NCBI GenBank assembly: GCA_963693365.1
Contig: CAVNZM010000003.1
Coordinates: forward strand, 15,173,143-15,237,142
Origin: Amoebidium appalachense
Lineage: Eukaryota; Protista; Ichthyosporea
Length of the DNA stretch: 64,000 bases
Reading direction: 5' to 3'
Shown: positions 29,622 to 43,783 of the stretch, piece by piece
Numbering within the stretch: the first letter of the stretch is position 1
How the letters are laid out: each line of letters opens with the position of its first letter
The notes under the pieces: generated by a model
What the model was told of the DNA's origin: nothing
The model's input: only the letters and a program-made list of their open reading frames with translations
Databases searched by the model: none
Made by a program: the position numbers and the translations under genes

Positions 29622-31127
29622 ATGTCAATCAGAAAGCAAACTAGTGCCGAGTCTCAAACCACACAACCCAGCACTCACAGAACACACGAGCCCTGTGTCA
29701 AACATGCACACACACACTCACCGGTACCACCGCCCAATCTCACGTTTTCTCGGGGGCTATCCAGTTGTAGCTCCACCATTTCCGGTTCCACCACTACCAC
29801 TGTGTGCTACACACAACACCATTCACCCACGAATACACCCACACCAACGGTGCGCTTGTTGATAAATGCAGACGCAGACAGGGAGGAAGTTAGGAGGTCA
29901 TGTTTACGTGCATCGCTGGCCTTACCCGCTACCTTTATCCTTGTAGCTCTCGCTATGTACTTCAGCGAGAAAGTCTGCGCAGGAGACGTGGTTCCTGGTA
30001 TTTGTGTAGGCCAAGAAGGATCATCCATACCCAAACATCAACTCTACGTACTTGGAAAAGTCAACCTAGCAAGCGCCGCGGTAATTTTCGTTCTGACCAC
30101 AGCTTTCTTTTTCGTTTGGTCATGTCGCCTACACAAGGAATCCCATCACTTCATTCGAGTACACCGCGGCCGCATACCAACATGGCTCATCCTCACCATG
30201 CTGCTTGGACACACCCTCAGACTCTACGTTGCTGGTTTTTTCAATTTGCCACGCGACAATCCACTGAGAGTGGTGTCTAGACAGAATGCCATGGGCTACC
30301 TCTTCCTACGCATGTTGCCTTACTATATTTGCAACACGTTGATATTGGTTCCCATGACGATACAGCTAATTCGAATTGCAATTTTGTGTTACGGGCGGCC
30401 GCGGTTCTTCCCTCCTGGATGGGTTTACGCGTGGCAGCAACAATTTGTTCTTCCCTGGGCTACACGAGTTCCGCGTGCATACGGCGTCTTTTGGTTTGTG
30501 GCTGTGTTGACGTTGGTGGGGATTGATCTAGTTCTGTATGTAGGCTATCCGAAATTCGAAGCGGTGCGCGAGGGTTTGGATACAAGCGCAAAAGTGCTCG
30601 GATACGCGGCAACACTTGTGGATCTGCAGCTTGCTTTGCTTGTGTTTGTATGCAGGGAGAAACTACAACAGTACTTCCTTGACCAAACCGCTTTTCTCGT
30701 AGGAATGAGTGTTCTTTTCCAGACCGGCTATCATCTATCTCAACTCACTGTTTTGACCGTTTTTGACCGCATTGAATTCATGTGGTTTTTGTATTTGCTA
30801 AGATTAGCGCAGGCCGTTTTGGTTGCGTGTTTTTTCGTTTCCACAGCCATAGACACGCACAAATGGATTCAACGCTCTACATGTGCTCCATACACCGGCC
30901 ATCCCGGGATGACTATATCAAGTCCCTTGAACCGCCCATCTACAACGAGCATATGTGCCAACCCCATTGCGCTGGAGAGTACCGGAGCACAGCACGGTGG
31001 ACGGGATGCTATTCATGTTCTGAAGAAGAATGGGGGGGCAAACACGGCGATAGTGTGTGTGACGGCGACTGGAACAGGGGGTGAGGGGGCAGATGCGACA
31101 GATTTGGATGCGGCAATTGATGTGTAG
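29622..31127 (+). CDS. Intronless multi-pass membrane protein (about 7-8 hydrophobic segments; receptor-like), family unassigned
   Basis: 501-aa complex ORF with regularly spaced hydrophobic stretches and Ser/Thr-rich termini. Confidence 0.75.
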   Translation: MSIRKQTSAESQTTQPSTHRTHEPCVKHAHTHSPVPPPNLTFSRGLSSCSSTISGSTTTTVCYTQHHSPTNTPTPTVRLLINADADREEVRRSCLRASLALPATFILVALAMYFSEKVCAGDVVPGICVGQEGSSIPKHQLYVLGKVNLASAAVIFVLTTAFFFVWSCRLHKESHHFIRVHRGRIPTWLILTMLLGHTLRLYVAGFFNLPRDNPLRVVSRQNAMGYLFLRMLPYYICNTLILVPMTIQLIRIAILCYGRPRFFPPGWVYAWQQQFVLPWATRVPRAYGVFWFVAVLTLVGIDLVLYVGYPKFEAVREGLDTSAKVLGYAATLVDLQLALLVFVCREKLQQYFLDQTAFLVGMSVLFQTGYHLSQLTVLTVFDRIEFMWFLYLLRLAQAVLVACFFVSTAIDTHKWIQRSTCAPYTGHPGMTISSPLNRPSTTSICANPIALESTGAQHGGRDAIHVLKKNGGANTAIVCVTATGTGGEGADATDLDAAIDV

Positions 31128-32249
31128 ATAGTTTAATGACTAGATAGTAGGCTATTAGATATACTGTGATTCTGTTGTCTCGTACCGTTGTGATATGGGT
31201 TCGCTTTTCTGTTGTCTGGTACCTGAAAAGAGAAATCGTGCAAATAACATGTATGCGTTAGCGTGAGGTAAACTAAACTTGCGAATGTCAAATTGAAATA
31301 GCATCGATAAACGTATGATAAATGAAATTTTCAAATATGAAGCCTTGTCTCAATATTCTGTTGTCTGGTTGTAAACAGTTGCACTGGTTAGGATAAGGCG
31401 GAGTACAACTGAATCAGATTAAAGACAGAGAGCGGGTAGAAAGGCACACGCGGCCAGGTTGCTTTTACTATGGGCCGACTCAGTCTGTCTCAGACTGAAG
31501 TGATCCCCATACTACTGGGAGTCCGACTGACGGCTTTGTTATATAGGCCCCCAGGTTTCGGATCAAGGCCCAGGATTGGTTCATCCGCTGCCAGCGCGCG
31601 CGGGTGGCAACATGCCATTCGTGATTCTGGTGCGGTCCGAGTTAGTCAGACCTTCGTCCTATTTATGCAAACCTATCATTGGACCACTTCGTTTATGTGG
31701 TATGCAACAATAGAGTCATATACTAGTGGTTCAATTCTTAGGTCAGAGTGATTCCTATTGGTGCGGACATAATATTTATGTGATATTCGTGACAAAGCAC
31801 GAATCATGTGCTAGTAGATCAGATCACATTCTTTGGTAAACATGCCATCAGTTCATGTGTACAGTTGTTTACACTCCCCCCCTTGTCGGGAGCCTGGTGG
31901 TGTTGTTAGACAAGCAAACCACCAGGCTGAGAGGTGATAAACAACCAACAGCGAGATTTCGTGTGCGCCGAGCTGCTGGACAGAACAGAGTAAGGACGGT
32001 GGAATGGAGTTGTGAAGTTCTATGAGCACTTCTTCATTTGCCAAAACACAAATTCATGCAGCATTCTTCTGTGTTTTCATTTTTGTTTGCAGAATATTAA
32101 TGTGCGTGCGAATTGTTCGCTTCGTCACTGTGCTTGGCTTTTGTTTCGTAGAAGTGGGTGGTTTCCTTTTTTAGGTGTTTTCCTTTTAAGGAATTGTTCC
32201 GCGAATTCGTTTTCGATTGTGAGTAATTCGGTTGTGTGGATGGTTTGAA

Positions 32250-32750
32250 ATCATCCCAAATGTTCGATAATGAATATTACTCGAGCCTTAGGTCACTTCG
32301 TAGCTCATGTAGTGGATAGCTTCTTAGTCGCTGCCCCTTATCCGTTCTACCTTAAGATCATAAGGCCAGTCACCATGGCCGGAAAAGCCACTTCTGTCAT
32401 GAACAAAGAACACTTCTTTCCTTTCAGTTTTAACCCTGCATCATCGGAGCTGGGGAAAACATGAATAAAAATGCCCTAAGTGTTCTTCGTTGGGTGACAT
32501 AAAGAAATATATCAGCCCGTTAGAACCAGTAAAAGCCCGGTTCATTATTCATAAGAAGAATGTTCAAAGAGGGTAGGCAAAGCAAGCCTTCTTCAGAAGA
32601 CACCTGCTTCCATTCGTGAGCAGTTTTCGTATCCCATTAGCCAGCGATTTTCGTTGAGCAGGGGGATTCCAGGCATAATACATTCTTCTGGAGGCTTGGC
32701 CTAAAACGAAAAGCCGTCACAGTCGCCCTCAGCTCTTTTGTAAGCAACTT
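32250..32750 (-). pseudogene. Decayed Ty3/Gypsy-like reverse transcriptase fragment
   Basis: Minus-strand translation with stops and frameshifts gives NEEHLGH...AGLKLKGKKCSLFMTEVAF-GH (about 32373-32495), resembling the Gypsy RT C-terminal motif. Confidence 0.5.
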
Positions 32751-33868
32751 CGTGAGCGCGCTTCGTGTTTTCATATCCTCCAGTGCAGGTCTGGATGGTG
32801 CCCCATTCTCTGCTTCATTTGTAGGTGGCCCTACTGTTGGTTCTGTTCGTCAAGTTGTGTGGAATACCAAAACCATTCGTGTTCGTGGAACTGCTTTGTG
32901 CTGTGCTTTCTTTCGTGTTGGTGTTCATGAACTTACCCCGCTCACACACCCTAGTTCTCACATACATCAGATGTAAGTAGCTGCCTGGTGAGAGTCCCTC
33001 ACTTCCTTGATAATGACACGAGTTGATCTTAGCTAGTGTCTGTACCCTATCGTGTACATATTTTCCGCGTACCAGATCTCTCTGAAAGCAATTAGTTCTT
33101 AGTGATTGGTTTCTATTAGAGACAGATCTGATTTCCGACTGGTCGGAAATCACGGATGGATTTGACTTAAGAGAATTTCGAGTATATAATTATACAAGAT
33201 CGAAATAAATTTAGTTCAGTCGTGTCTAAACATTGATGTCTGTTGTGTACACTGCTCCGATCGTTCCGTGTTTTGTTGTTGTGTGTCTGTGGTGCTTTCA
33301 CACTGCATCACTGTGTCTCTGCTTCCGTCCCAAATACTTCTATACTTTAACAATAACTTCACTCCACTGCTCAACCTTAGCGATGGAAACCTTATGAATT
33401 TCTTTGGTCATTCAGAGTGCTATATAGTATGTTGGCCGGGATGCCGCTGAGTCAAAATTATAATACCTCGGTCGGATCTACGATCATCCCCCCCCCCCCC
33501 CCCCCCCCCCCCCCCAACCCGTCTTCCCCCACCCAACCCCCCCCCGGGGCCCCAGGGGCCCCACCCACCCCGCTAAACTTTGAAATAAAATAACGATAGC
33601 GAACAATTGCAAGAAACTCAGGAACCGTTATAAAAATTCCAAAAGAAAAGAAGAATAAGAAGCTGCTGCGAAACCGTGGACATAACTAGTCACTCAGATG
33701 CACAGGTATGCCTATGTACAGGGGTGTGACTCGCAGGTAAACGCGGTTTAAATCTTAAGGGCTTTCGGCCGTAGGGCTCATTCAATATCCCCCCCCCCCC
33801 CCCCCCCCCCCCCACCCACCCAAAAAAACAAAGCTCCCGCAGCCCAGCAAAAGGACTCGCGGGACACC

Positions 33869-33899
<31 letters not shown>

Positions 33900-33933
33900 A
33901 GGGGGTTGGGGAGGCGTTTGGGGGGAAGAGGAG

Positions 33934-33964
<31 letters not shown>

Positions 33965-34152
33965 AGGCGCACACACCGTGCACAGTGACATGGAGACACA
34001 CACACACACACACACTGTGTAATACATACGTGTGCACACACACAGACATCACACACACAAACACATCCAGTGAGTAAACGAACACAAAGGACCTACAACT
34101 AGTTTGAAGTTCCAAATATACACAGAGATCATATGCGCATATTTTTTGCACA

Positions 34153-34192
<40 letters not shown>

Positions 34193-34249
34193 AAAAAAAA
34201 AAAAAGAAAGGAAAAAAAAACCACCCCCAGAGAAAGGACCCACAGGACA

Positions 34250-34284
<35 letters not shown>

Positions 34285-34507
34285 CGTGACACGGAGACAC
34301 ACACACACCACACACAAACAAACGCCCGGAGACAAACGAACACAAAATCCGTATGCACACACAGATATATGCACACAATTTCGCACAGAAAAGAGCCAGA
34401 GTGTATTTATTAAGGCACGCGTCCGGACGCCGTCACGGGGTCCTTTGATAAACCCTTACACTCATTCTAAGACTTAGCCGGTTGCACACACGCAGGTGTG
34501 CACGCCT

Positions 34508-34561
<54 letters not shown>

Positions 34562-35402
34562 GGTCGGACAGGACAACCACCCATCCACACACCCATAATT
34601 TGATTGACTTTTTTGGTCTGTTGATTCAATAGTAAACAAAGCAAAAAAAATGTTAAAAGCTTCCGCGGAGGCCCTTCAAGCTAAAAATCATTGAATATCA
34701 GACTGCTGCACACAAGGACATTTTACGGTGCCCAGCCTAATAATAATAATGCTAGGCTAAGTAGGGAAGCCACAGTCCCCCCTCCCCCCCCCCCCCCCCC
34801 CCCCCCCCCCCACCACCACCACCACCACCACCACACACACACACACACACACTGTGGCACACAAACACGGGTACACACACACACACAAACACCCACCCAC
34901 CCCTTCCTCCCCCCTGTACATGTTCTATCTTATTTCCTCCCCCCCAAGCCTTGGTAGCCCCTAAAATCTTAATTTTCTATTTTAAAAAAATCTATTTCTA
35001 TTTATCTTGTAGGTGAATTATCTAAATCCTGAATGACCCCGGCCTGGCTGTATATACGTGAATATCGATATGTTTTCGGAGGGTGTGTGCGGAAGGATCT
35101 GTGTCGCCCATGGCATAGAACCCGAAAAAGGTTTCGACCCGAACCTGTCACCATGGTGCGAGCAGAGTTTGGCGCGAAACCCTGGAGAAGGAGGCCCTGA
35201 CCCTGTCACACACACACACACTGTACAAGTTTTGAACCGTGTGGCGGCCGGGCTGTTTGTTACCTGCACGAAAACACGCGCATACATAAACACACACACA
35301 CATATTGCTTTAGCTGTGCCACGAGGAAAAAAACATCATCAGCACTTCATACACACCTCACTCACTTGATTACTCGCCACTGCCTTCTTTGAACATAAAA
35401 AC

Positions 35403-35897
35403 ATGGACAGCTCAAAGGGAATTCGGCCAACGGGCACAGACGGTGCCGACTTCAAGAGCCGCCATGTTGTTGAGAACAGGTTTCAAGCCGCCGCCCTTGC
35501 ACGCGCAAAACTCCAAGCCATGCTTCGCACATATCTAATCGCCATCGTTGGTAACACGTTCTTTTTCCTGGGCAAACCTTACATCCTTGCCAAGGAAAAT
35601 ACACTTGAAACGATGCCTTTCGGCTGGGCTACAGTTACGTTTTTCGCCGTGATATGGTTTCTTGGACACCGGAGCCTGTCCAAGAAAAACGACAGTCTTA
35701 TAAAAGTTTTCCAGGGCCTCTCCCTTGTTGGATGTGCTGCAGTTGGCTACTTTCTATATTTGGAACTCGTCCGCCCGCCAACATCCATGGCACCACCTTG
35801 TGTTCTTGCTGTGACCGTCGGGGTCATCCTTGCGGCCGTGAGAACGGCAGGACAGGTGCTGGCGAATTCCGTGCAAATGGCAAAGAAGAGTTCGTAG
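35403..35897 (+). CDS. JAGN1: Jagunal homologue (ER membrane protein)
   Basis: N-terminal RPTGTDGADFKSRHVVENRFQ matches the jagunal GTDGxDFxxRxxV signature; four hydrophobic segments; C-terminal KKSS dilysine ER-retrieval motif. Confidence 0.8.
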   Translation: MDSSKGIRPTGTDGADFKSRHVVENRFQAAALARAKLQAMLRTYLIAIVGNTFFFLGKPYILAKENTLETMPFGWATVTFFAVIWFLGHRSLSKKNDSLIKVFQGLSLVGCAAVGYFLYLELVRPPTSMAPPCVLAVTVGVILAAVRTAGQVLANSVQMAKKSS

Positions 35898-36559
35898 TTT
35901 GAAAAAATCCACCTTGAGAATCAAGTCGAGACGTTTTATTTTGAAGGTTTCAATAGGTTGTTACTCCGCCATGTTTCTATTAGACGACTTTAAGTGAAAT
36001 ATATACACGATAAAGCTGGCTGCTTTTCGATCGTGCCCCTTGATAACATGGTTCTGTGCCAGGTATCCTGCTTTCCCTCGCGCCCAACCCCAACGCCGGA
36101 TCCATTATCCCCCCATGTCTTGAAGACTTCAATATAAGGGAGTAGAGGGGGAAGGAGGGGACAGGGGAGGAGAGGAGGGGAGGTAATATGGGAGGGGAGA
36201 AGGAGAGAGGGGAAGTATGCAAGAGGGATAAAGAAGGAGCAATTAGGGGAGGGAGGGAGAATCGCGAGAGGAGATTACAGGGGGAGGGGGAAAAGAGAGA
36301 GAAAGAAGGGGGGGAGAGAGAGAGAAAGAGGGGGAGAGGGAAGGGGGGTAAGGGGTGGTGGTGGTGGTGGTGGTGGTGGGGGGGCGGGGGGGGGGGGGGG
36401 GGGGGGGGGGGGGTAGCTGTCTGCTTCTCGACTGCAGCTGCAGCTCCCAAAGGCCTATGATCTTAGGAGTTTGACCCCCTCCTCCCTTCCCCCCCCCCTC
36501 CCCCCCCCACACCCACGTTTCGATCTGCCTCCCCCGTTCCCCTCTCTTTTCCCTGTGCC

Positions 36560-37170
36560 TCTGAGGTTTGCGTGACTTTGAATTCCTCGTTTTGTTGACA
36601 CATCATACTATCATCCCCGGCCACTGCCCCTGTCAGGTCGACAGGGCCTCGTAACTTACGTACAATACTCCTGGCTCTCCAAGTCTGCATCAATATTTAC
36701 TTTCATGGACAGGAGTCCTGAGTGGAACACCTACTCCCGGCTCGTAACTCTTGCACTCGTTTCCATATTTTCCAAGGCCTCGCAGTACCATAGCTAGTAC
36801 TACCTTACGCTATCGTAGACTGGTATAATACTCCAGCCCGCCCCTCTAAGCAAGTAACAAATGTATTTGCATGCTGCACCCCCCCCCTCCCCAAAACCCT
36901 CCTTCCTCCCCTCTCCCCCTCTCCCTCCCCGCTGCGATGGCCAAGGCCTCCAACAGTTACTGAAGTCAGGGGCTGCAGTATCCTGATCTAACCTTGATGC
37001 ATAGCACTTCTTTTGTCTAGTATAATATCTGCTCGTCGAGGGTGTGGCTTTTTCAAACGGTCACTCCGGGCCATGCCTGTGATGTCTCGCTCCTACATTT
37101 GAAGCCAGGGCCTCACACGCCCACAATAATCAGGTAAGAATCTGGCAATCAAAAACGGGACAACTTCTGA
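36560..37170 (-). pseudogene. Possible decayed LTR-retrotransposon integrase fragment
   Basis: Broken minus-strand frames give GILQPL...W and GVPLR-like pieces; many stops. Confidence 0.3.
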
Positions 37171-37173
37171 CGC

Positions 37174-37267
<94 letters not shown>

Positions 37268-37280
37268 ACAACTTCTTACG

Positions 37281-37380
<100 letters not shown>

Positions 37381-37504
37381 ACCTCTCTCCCTCTCCCCCC
37401 TCTCTCCCCGATGCTCCCTCTCTCTGTCTCTTTCTCTCTCTCTCTCCTCCCCCCCCCCCCCCCCCCTCTCTCTCTCTCTCTCTTCCTCCTCTCTCTCTCT
37501 CTAG

Positions 37505-37541
<37 letters not shown>

Positions 37542-40500
37542 CCCCCCCCCCCCCCTCCCCCCCTCTCTGTCTCCCCCCCTCTCTCCCTCTCCCACTCCCC
37601 CCCCCTCTCCCTCCGGATTCCCCTCAAGCTCCCCCTGTGCCCCCCCACCCCCTCCCCCCCTCCCCCGCCCCCCTCCCCCCACCTTGAATTCCGTTCTCCC
37701 ACCAGCCCGACAAATCCAGAGCACTAACGTGAGTCTCTGTACTCAGGCATAATACATGATGGTACGACATTGGCCTCGGTGACCGGTAAAAAAATTCAGC
37801 TGGATACATAGCTTTCCCCAACCATGCACATATATAAGGGCGGGAATTTTTGGCGCGCAATTTTTTTTTTTTTTAATAAACAATAAAAAAAAAAAAAAAA
37901 AGGAATATGGCACAGCCAGTCTGCCACACATGTGCACTGTGACTGCATTGCTTGTCTTGGCCTGAGGCTAGGGTATCATGTGCATTGTGAAAAAAGGTGT
38001 GCAAATGTCGGATGCATGAATCGTCCTAAAGCCTTACTGTTTTTGGCTGTTGTTGGTTGTTGGGGAAAAGCATACTGGCGGGCCTAAACAGATACATACT
38101 GTAGGAGTAAAGTTCGCAAACGACAAGCAGGCCAACATACGGCACCCGGGGAAGAAGCAGCATATGCACGCCCTTGTATGATGCCAAGGCAGTCTGCAGC
38201 CGCAAAAAGTAGGATAGATATGATTGGTTTCGCCTTTAGTGCGCCAAGCGGGGTAAAAAGGCCGACGGCGGTTGTGTTTCGTGCCAGCCCAACTGAACGT
38301 TTACAAAACAGGTATCATACATGACTTTAAGAAGCTTTGTTGCAGCATGTACACTTTCATATGTAGTCACACATAGTATATTAAAATTTAAACTTTGAGT
38401 TTCTTTTCACCTAAAATTCGACAAGCAGCTCCCTTGAGTCTCATCCTCTAGGAACTTATTTCGCAATGGTTGAACATTTTACTCATCTCTTGGTGTATTA
38501 TTTGTGATTGGTTCTTATTGTAGTTCATGTCACTTACGGTTTTGGGAGTCCACCAATAACGTGTAATGTCAGTATTTTCCTTTATAAGGTGCTCGTGTTT
38601 GATTGAATACCTACCGGTTAATCAAAAAAGAGGGCGTCTATTGTAATTGGATGACATTTTGATTTCGATTCAGGTGCAATCGCCAGCATAAATAATGCAT
38701 ATCGGCGCGCTTGGTATTCCATAAAAAGGTTTTTTCCGTAGGAGTAGTTAGTGTAACACCATTACCCAAATATTCATAAGCAGAAAACAACCATAAAATG
38801 CCTATCTAAGCTCTTGTTTCTGTGTCTAATTTAAAGAATGCAGAAATGTACAGATGTCGTTGTTTCACATGTTTGCTCTATGGGCGATCGATGGTTCGCT
38901 AAATATCATGCACGTATAGTACCCAAATACTTCCCTTCATCGCGTGTGGCTGGTCCAGAATTTCCGGATACTTGCATACAGGATCTCCGCCAACAGCGCC
39001 CATGATTGGTCACTCTGAAAAGAGAATGGAAAAAAAGCACAGTGGATTTATGTGATCTGAAACAGCGCATAGCTGTCAAAAATCAATGTAATATAGTTGC
39101 CAAATAACATAAAAACAACGTAATATAGTTATTATATAATTTATAATACCAAAATCCAAAATATAAATCCACAGAGCAGCTCTGTGACACAAAAATAATC
39201 ACAGAGCCGCTAAAATAATCACAGACCAGTTCTGTGGCTCAGAACATAGGGGGGTTCGGGGGGCTTGCCCCCCGATATCTAATGTAAAAAAGCTGATTTT
39301 CATTTTTACGAATTTAAAGAGAAATGTTTTTTTCAAAATCTAGGGGGGTTCGAAAGGCTCCCCCCCCTGCATCATGAATCAACCAGTAAGGGGGGCTCAT
39401 TCTAAACTGTGCACTATCTGATAATTAAAATATAAGAGAAAGGGGGGTTCGGGGGGCTTGCACCCCGCATATCTTTAAGTAATTCCGGCCATAGAGCACA
39501 TTTTGCGGCTCTGTGATCGCCGGACGCAATCGAAAACGAATCCGAGACATCCCCACGAACTTTCAGCTTTCATGAGCATATCAATAAAGTCATTATATAA
39601 AAAAAAGAACGACGTTGCCTTCATCAACGGATCAATAAACCCGAGTCAAAAGAAAAAACTTTCAGCCAAAAGTGAGCTCGTCCAAATGAAAAATAACCCG
39701 TTTTCATTGGTGAATGTAAAAACTTGTGGGTTCATGCCTCAGGACCCTAAATTTGCATTTTACTTCACTTTCACTTCGATCTCTTAGCTGTCACGTCAAC
39801 TTTTCCCCCCAATTCTTCACCATGGCAGGTATATAAAGGCTTTCGTTTCTTCTTTTTTTGGTGGGAGGGAGTCCCACTCAGGGGAACGTGACTGCAGCGT
39901 GTGTGTGGTGTGGCCTGGTGTATTCCTACTGCTGTGAGAGTGTGGGGGCATCTCCCTTTCGCGGAGTTTCTCGCTTGAGAAGTGGTTAGTCTTCAACGCC
40001 TGGTGGTCCACTGCAACCTATATATGGTAACTTCTACACGCTGTCTACGCTTCTACGCGATCTATTGGCGGTGGGCTGCTGCAACTTCTTCAGCTACTTC
40101 TGCGCTGCGTGAGTGGAGGGGCAGCTACTTGGTCGTCGGGGAGCTTTCCAAGTGACTGCCAGTCCTTAGCCTCCAGTCATACTATGGCAATGACCGGGTT
40201 TGCTTGCATGCATTCTGTAATTATGTTTTTCTGTGTGTCCTGCCACAACTAGGCCACCTTATCAGAGAGCTAGATGCAGTTTCTCCGGGTTATCTAGGGG
40301 CCGGGCCCGTTGGGATTGTTTTTTAGCTCAGATTTGGTCTGCATTGCTCTTTTAGAGGCTGACTTGCTTGCTGTGCCTCGGTAGGTTTTGAGGGGGGCCT
40401 GTTGGGAAGCAGCAGTAATAACAGATGTCTTCTTGCGGAGCGTGGTCTGGTCAACATCGATGCATATGACTAGTTGGAGCAAACTACAGTAGTTTCGTGC

Positions 40501-41410
40501 ATACACGTACACTTAAGGTTTTGCCCGCTGGTGTCCTTTGTTACTTGTCGCTTTATATTTATTTCGTAGCTTTGGCTTTTTCAGTTCTATTGGTGGTATG
40601 TAGCATGTGGCTGCACGTTGCCTTCATCAACGGATCAATAAAACCGAGTCAAAAGAAAAAAAAATTGCGCTACCTAGTAAGGCACGCGATGGAATGTGAA
40701 CGGAATTACATACATGTAGAGATTAGCATACACACCGTGAAATTTGAGGTCCTGTGATCACTAGGATCTGGATCTTTGGGGAACAGCATCTAATTGGATA
40801 CAAGATTTAATGCCAAACTACTGATTGAGCGATGTGATCCAATCAGGAGAATGTATGAGAATATCCTGTACGCGCATGTCTGAAGGCGCTTGTCGAGTCA
40901 GTCTCAGTCACACAATGCACAGAGTTGCACAGAGAGAGAGAGAACAGACGAACAAACTCACCGTGTTCTTACCCAAACCTTTACATTAATCAGCTGCGTC
41001 ACAAATATTCTCGAGTGATATACCCCAGCATAACTCAAATCTTACAAACTCTATGTCTCACACGTACTAGAGTTTCATACAGCTGTATACATACGTATTT
41101 ATCACATCTCCGTGTTATTCTGCAAGGATACGAGGCCAACCCCGTTCCTGCAAAGACATCTGCAGCCATAACGTGCTACCTAGGAAGTTGCGAGTGCTAT
41201 ATAAGGAACGGCAACATTTTTAACACGGGCCACTTTTCAACATCTCGTTACTTAATATTATTTTTTGCCAACACCATCACTATTCACGGGAGTACCAAAA
41301 CTCTTTACCGCGCCCGTGCGTACACCGCCTTGTTCACACTATTTTCCAGAGTAGTAGCAGAAGCCAAATAAGCAAGCAGGTTCTCTCACCTATGAGCACT
41401 GAAGCCAGAA

Positions 41411-43204
41411 ATGGCGTTTTCTTTCATACGCTTTTCCCTTAGCTTGGGCCTTCTTCTCATCACACCCATAGCTAGTTCCAAAAACACTACCATACGGCAT
41501 CTGTCTACAACGGACAGCATCACACACACAAGCACCATCAAACCAACTACGACCACGCAACACGCTACGGCAGCCGGGTCTGCAGCAGCCAAGAATGTCT
41601 ATCTCCAGAACGTTAACAACACCCGGCCAGGAAACACAACGAATGCAGGGATGATGATGCAGGCACTATCTTTTTCGAACAGCAGTTCTACAAACAGTTC
41701 AACCCCACCCGCCTACGAGGCGTCCTGCCGACCAGTGCAAATAGGGGCGAAAGCGCCCACGGGTTATGTTGTCATTAAGGGTAGCCGGTATGCCATCGCC
41801 TATGAAATAGACCCAAACAGCATGCCTCCGAACAGAACCGGCTGTTGTGATCGTGAGTTCCACAACATTCCAGACGGCTGGACAATAGCAGAGAACAACG
41901 ACGAGAGCCGTTTAGTTGCCAAGATGTTTTCGTTTGGTGCCGATGCTCTCGTTTTCAAGGATGGCTCCGCGTATTTGACAGTTGAATCGGCGTATCCAAA
42001 CCGAAAGGAATCATGGAACACGATAACAGGAGACGCTCTCTCGTCACAAAACGGCCAGGTTGCCGTAAACTATGCAACGGCACCAAATGGAAAGTGGGGT
42101 ATGCCTTATTCCTGGTGCTTTAGGATTCTGCTTACACAGCCGGCAGCTGCAAACGATGCAAATTTACTCGTCGTAACCACCGATCGAAACATTTCGCAAT
42201 ACGTTACGAAGGGTGGAAAGGACTTCGCAACTTTGGATGATGTTGATCCTGCGCTTCCGTGGGGCTCTCCCAATGTTTCACCAAGGCAGACACAAGCGTT
42301 CGTTCTTCCTACCAACTGGTCCTTGGCGAGTGAATCTGAAGTCCAAACCTTGAAAGTCGGTATTTTCTCATGTGGTTGCTTGGTAGGTAGCACGGGTAAC
42401 GCGTTTTTCAACACGGAGAAGAAACCATGTGGTTCATTCACTCTCCTTACGCACACCACCACCGAAGGACAGACTGTTTTCTGGCCTAATCCACGTTCTG
42501 GTTCCATTCGCATCCTCCTTGTGCGTGCAACAACACCGGTCAAACTGAACACGGCGGATATGAAAGTTCTGCTACTTAGCCCCCACAGCGAAACCACGAA
42601 TGCAGAGTCGGCGAAGCAGGATAGTAGTTTGTTGTACGCGAAAAAGATCATTAGCAACTACGGGCTGGAGTATGAGAATGTGGCTGTGGTCGCGAATGGT
42701 GGGAGGTATCAGGGCGATCTTTTGCTGTATTCGACGACGGTGAATGGGAATGTTCCTCACTACCATACGATCGTTTTGACCAGCGAGGCGCTTTCGTATC
42801 AACGGTATGCAATCCAACTTCACCAAAACACCAGCACATTCACGTGCTTGCTTTTGCTAACACGTGCGCAGTTGCACGCTCATTCACTTAGGCATGCCTG
42901 CGCGCATGCCTAGGTCTGCGTCTTACCGTGCATGAACTGAGGGAAATAGGATGTGTGCAGGCACAAAGTAGAGCATGATGCGGTCTGCACGTTTTGTGTG
43001 CACACACAATTCATACATTTGAACATTGTACAATTCAACATTGCTTTGTCTCATTGTGTCTCTGACTTGACTCCCTGGCGAAGCAATAGGGGAGGAGCCA
43101 TTGGCCCTTTCGACCCCTCCTCCCCCCCCCTCCCCCCCCTCCCCCACCCCACCCTCCACACACACACAAACCGCGGTTCCTTTTTTCCCTATTCCTGTCT
43201 TCTC

Positions 43205-43266
<62 letters not shown>

Positions 43267-43562
43267 CCCCCTCCCCCCCCCCCCCCCCCCCCCCCCCCCC
43301 TGCCTTTCCCACTGCCCTTGCCTGCATAAGCAACCCTGCTCGTCTCTGATCAAGACGGGTGACCTACTCATGTTCAAGTGAAACAGTATCTGAGTTGGGT
43401 TTCGTTAACGAGGGGAATAGGTCGAAACTCGGGTACTGTGGATGACGTGGGCCCCCCCTGAGGATGGGCTCTGCTTATTATGCATACTCTTTATGCATGG
43501 CTTGCATTCTGCATCGTGTTATCCGTTTGTTCTTGTGTACTTCGTACTTTTTAACGCATTCA

Positions 43563-43596
<34 letters not shown>

Positions 43597-43747
43597 TCCC
43601 CCCCCCCCTCCCTCCGCCCCCACCTCTCCCTCACCTTTTCGTTGTTGTGGTTCTTGGTTTGGGCAAGTTCTTGGTTTGGGTAACATCAAAAAGTATGCAC
43701 ATCTACAGAAGTGTAGGTTGAAAGCTGCGCATACCAGGCCTCTCTAA

Positions 43748-43783
<36 letters not shown>

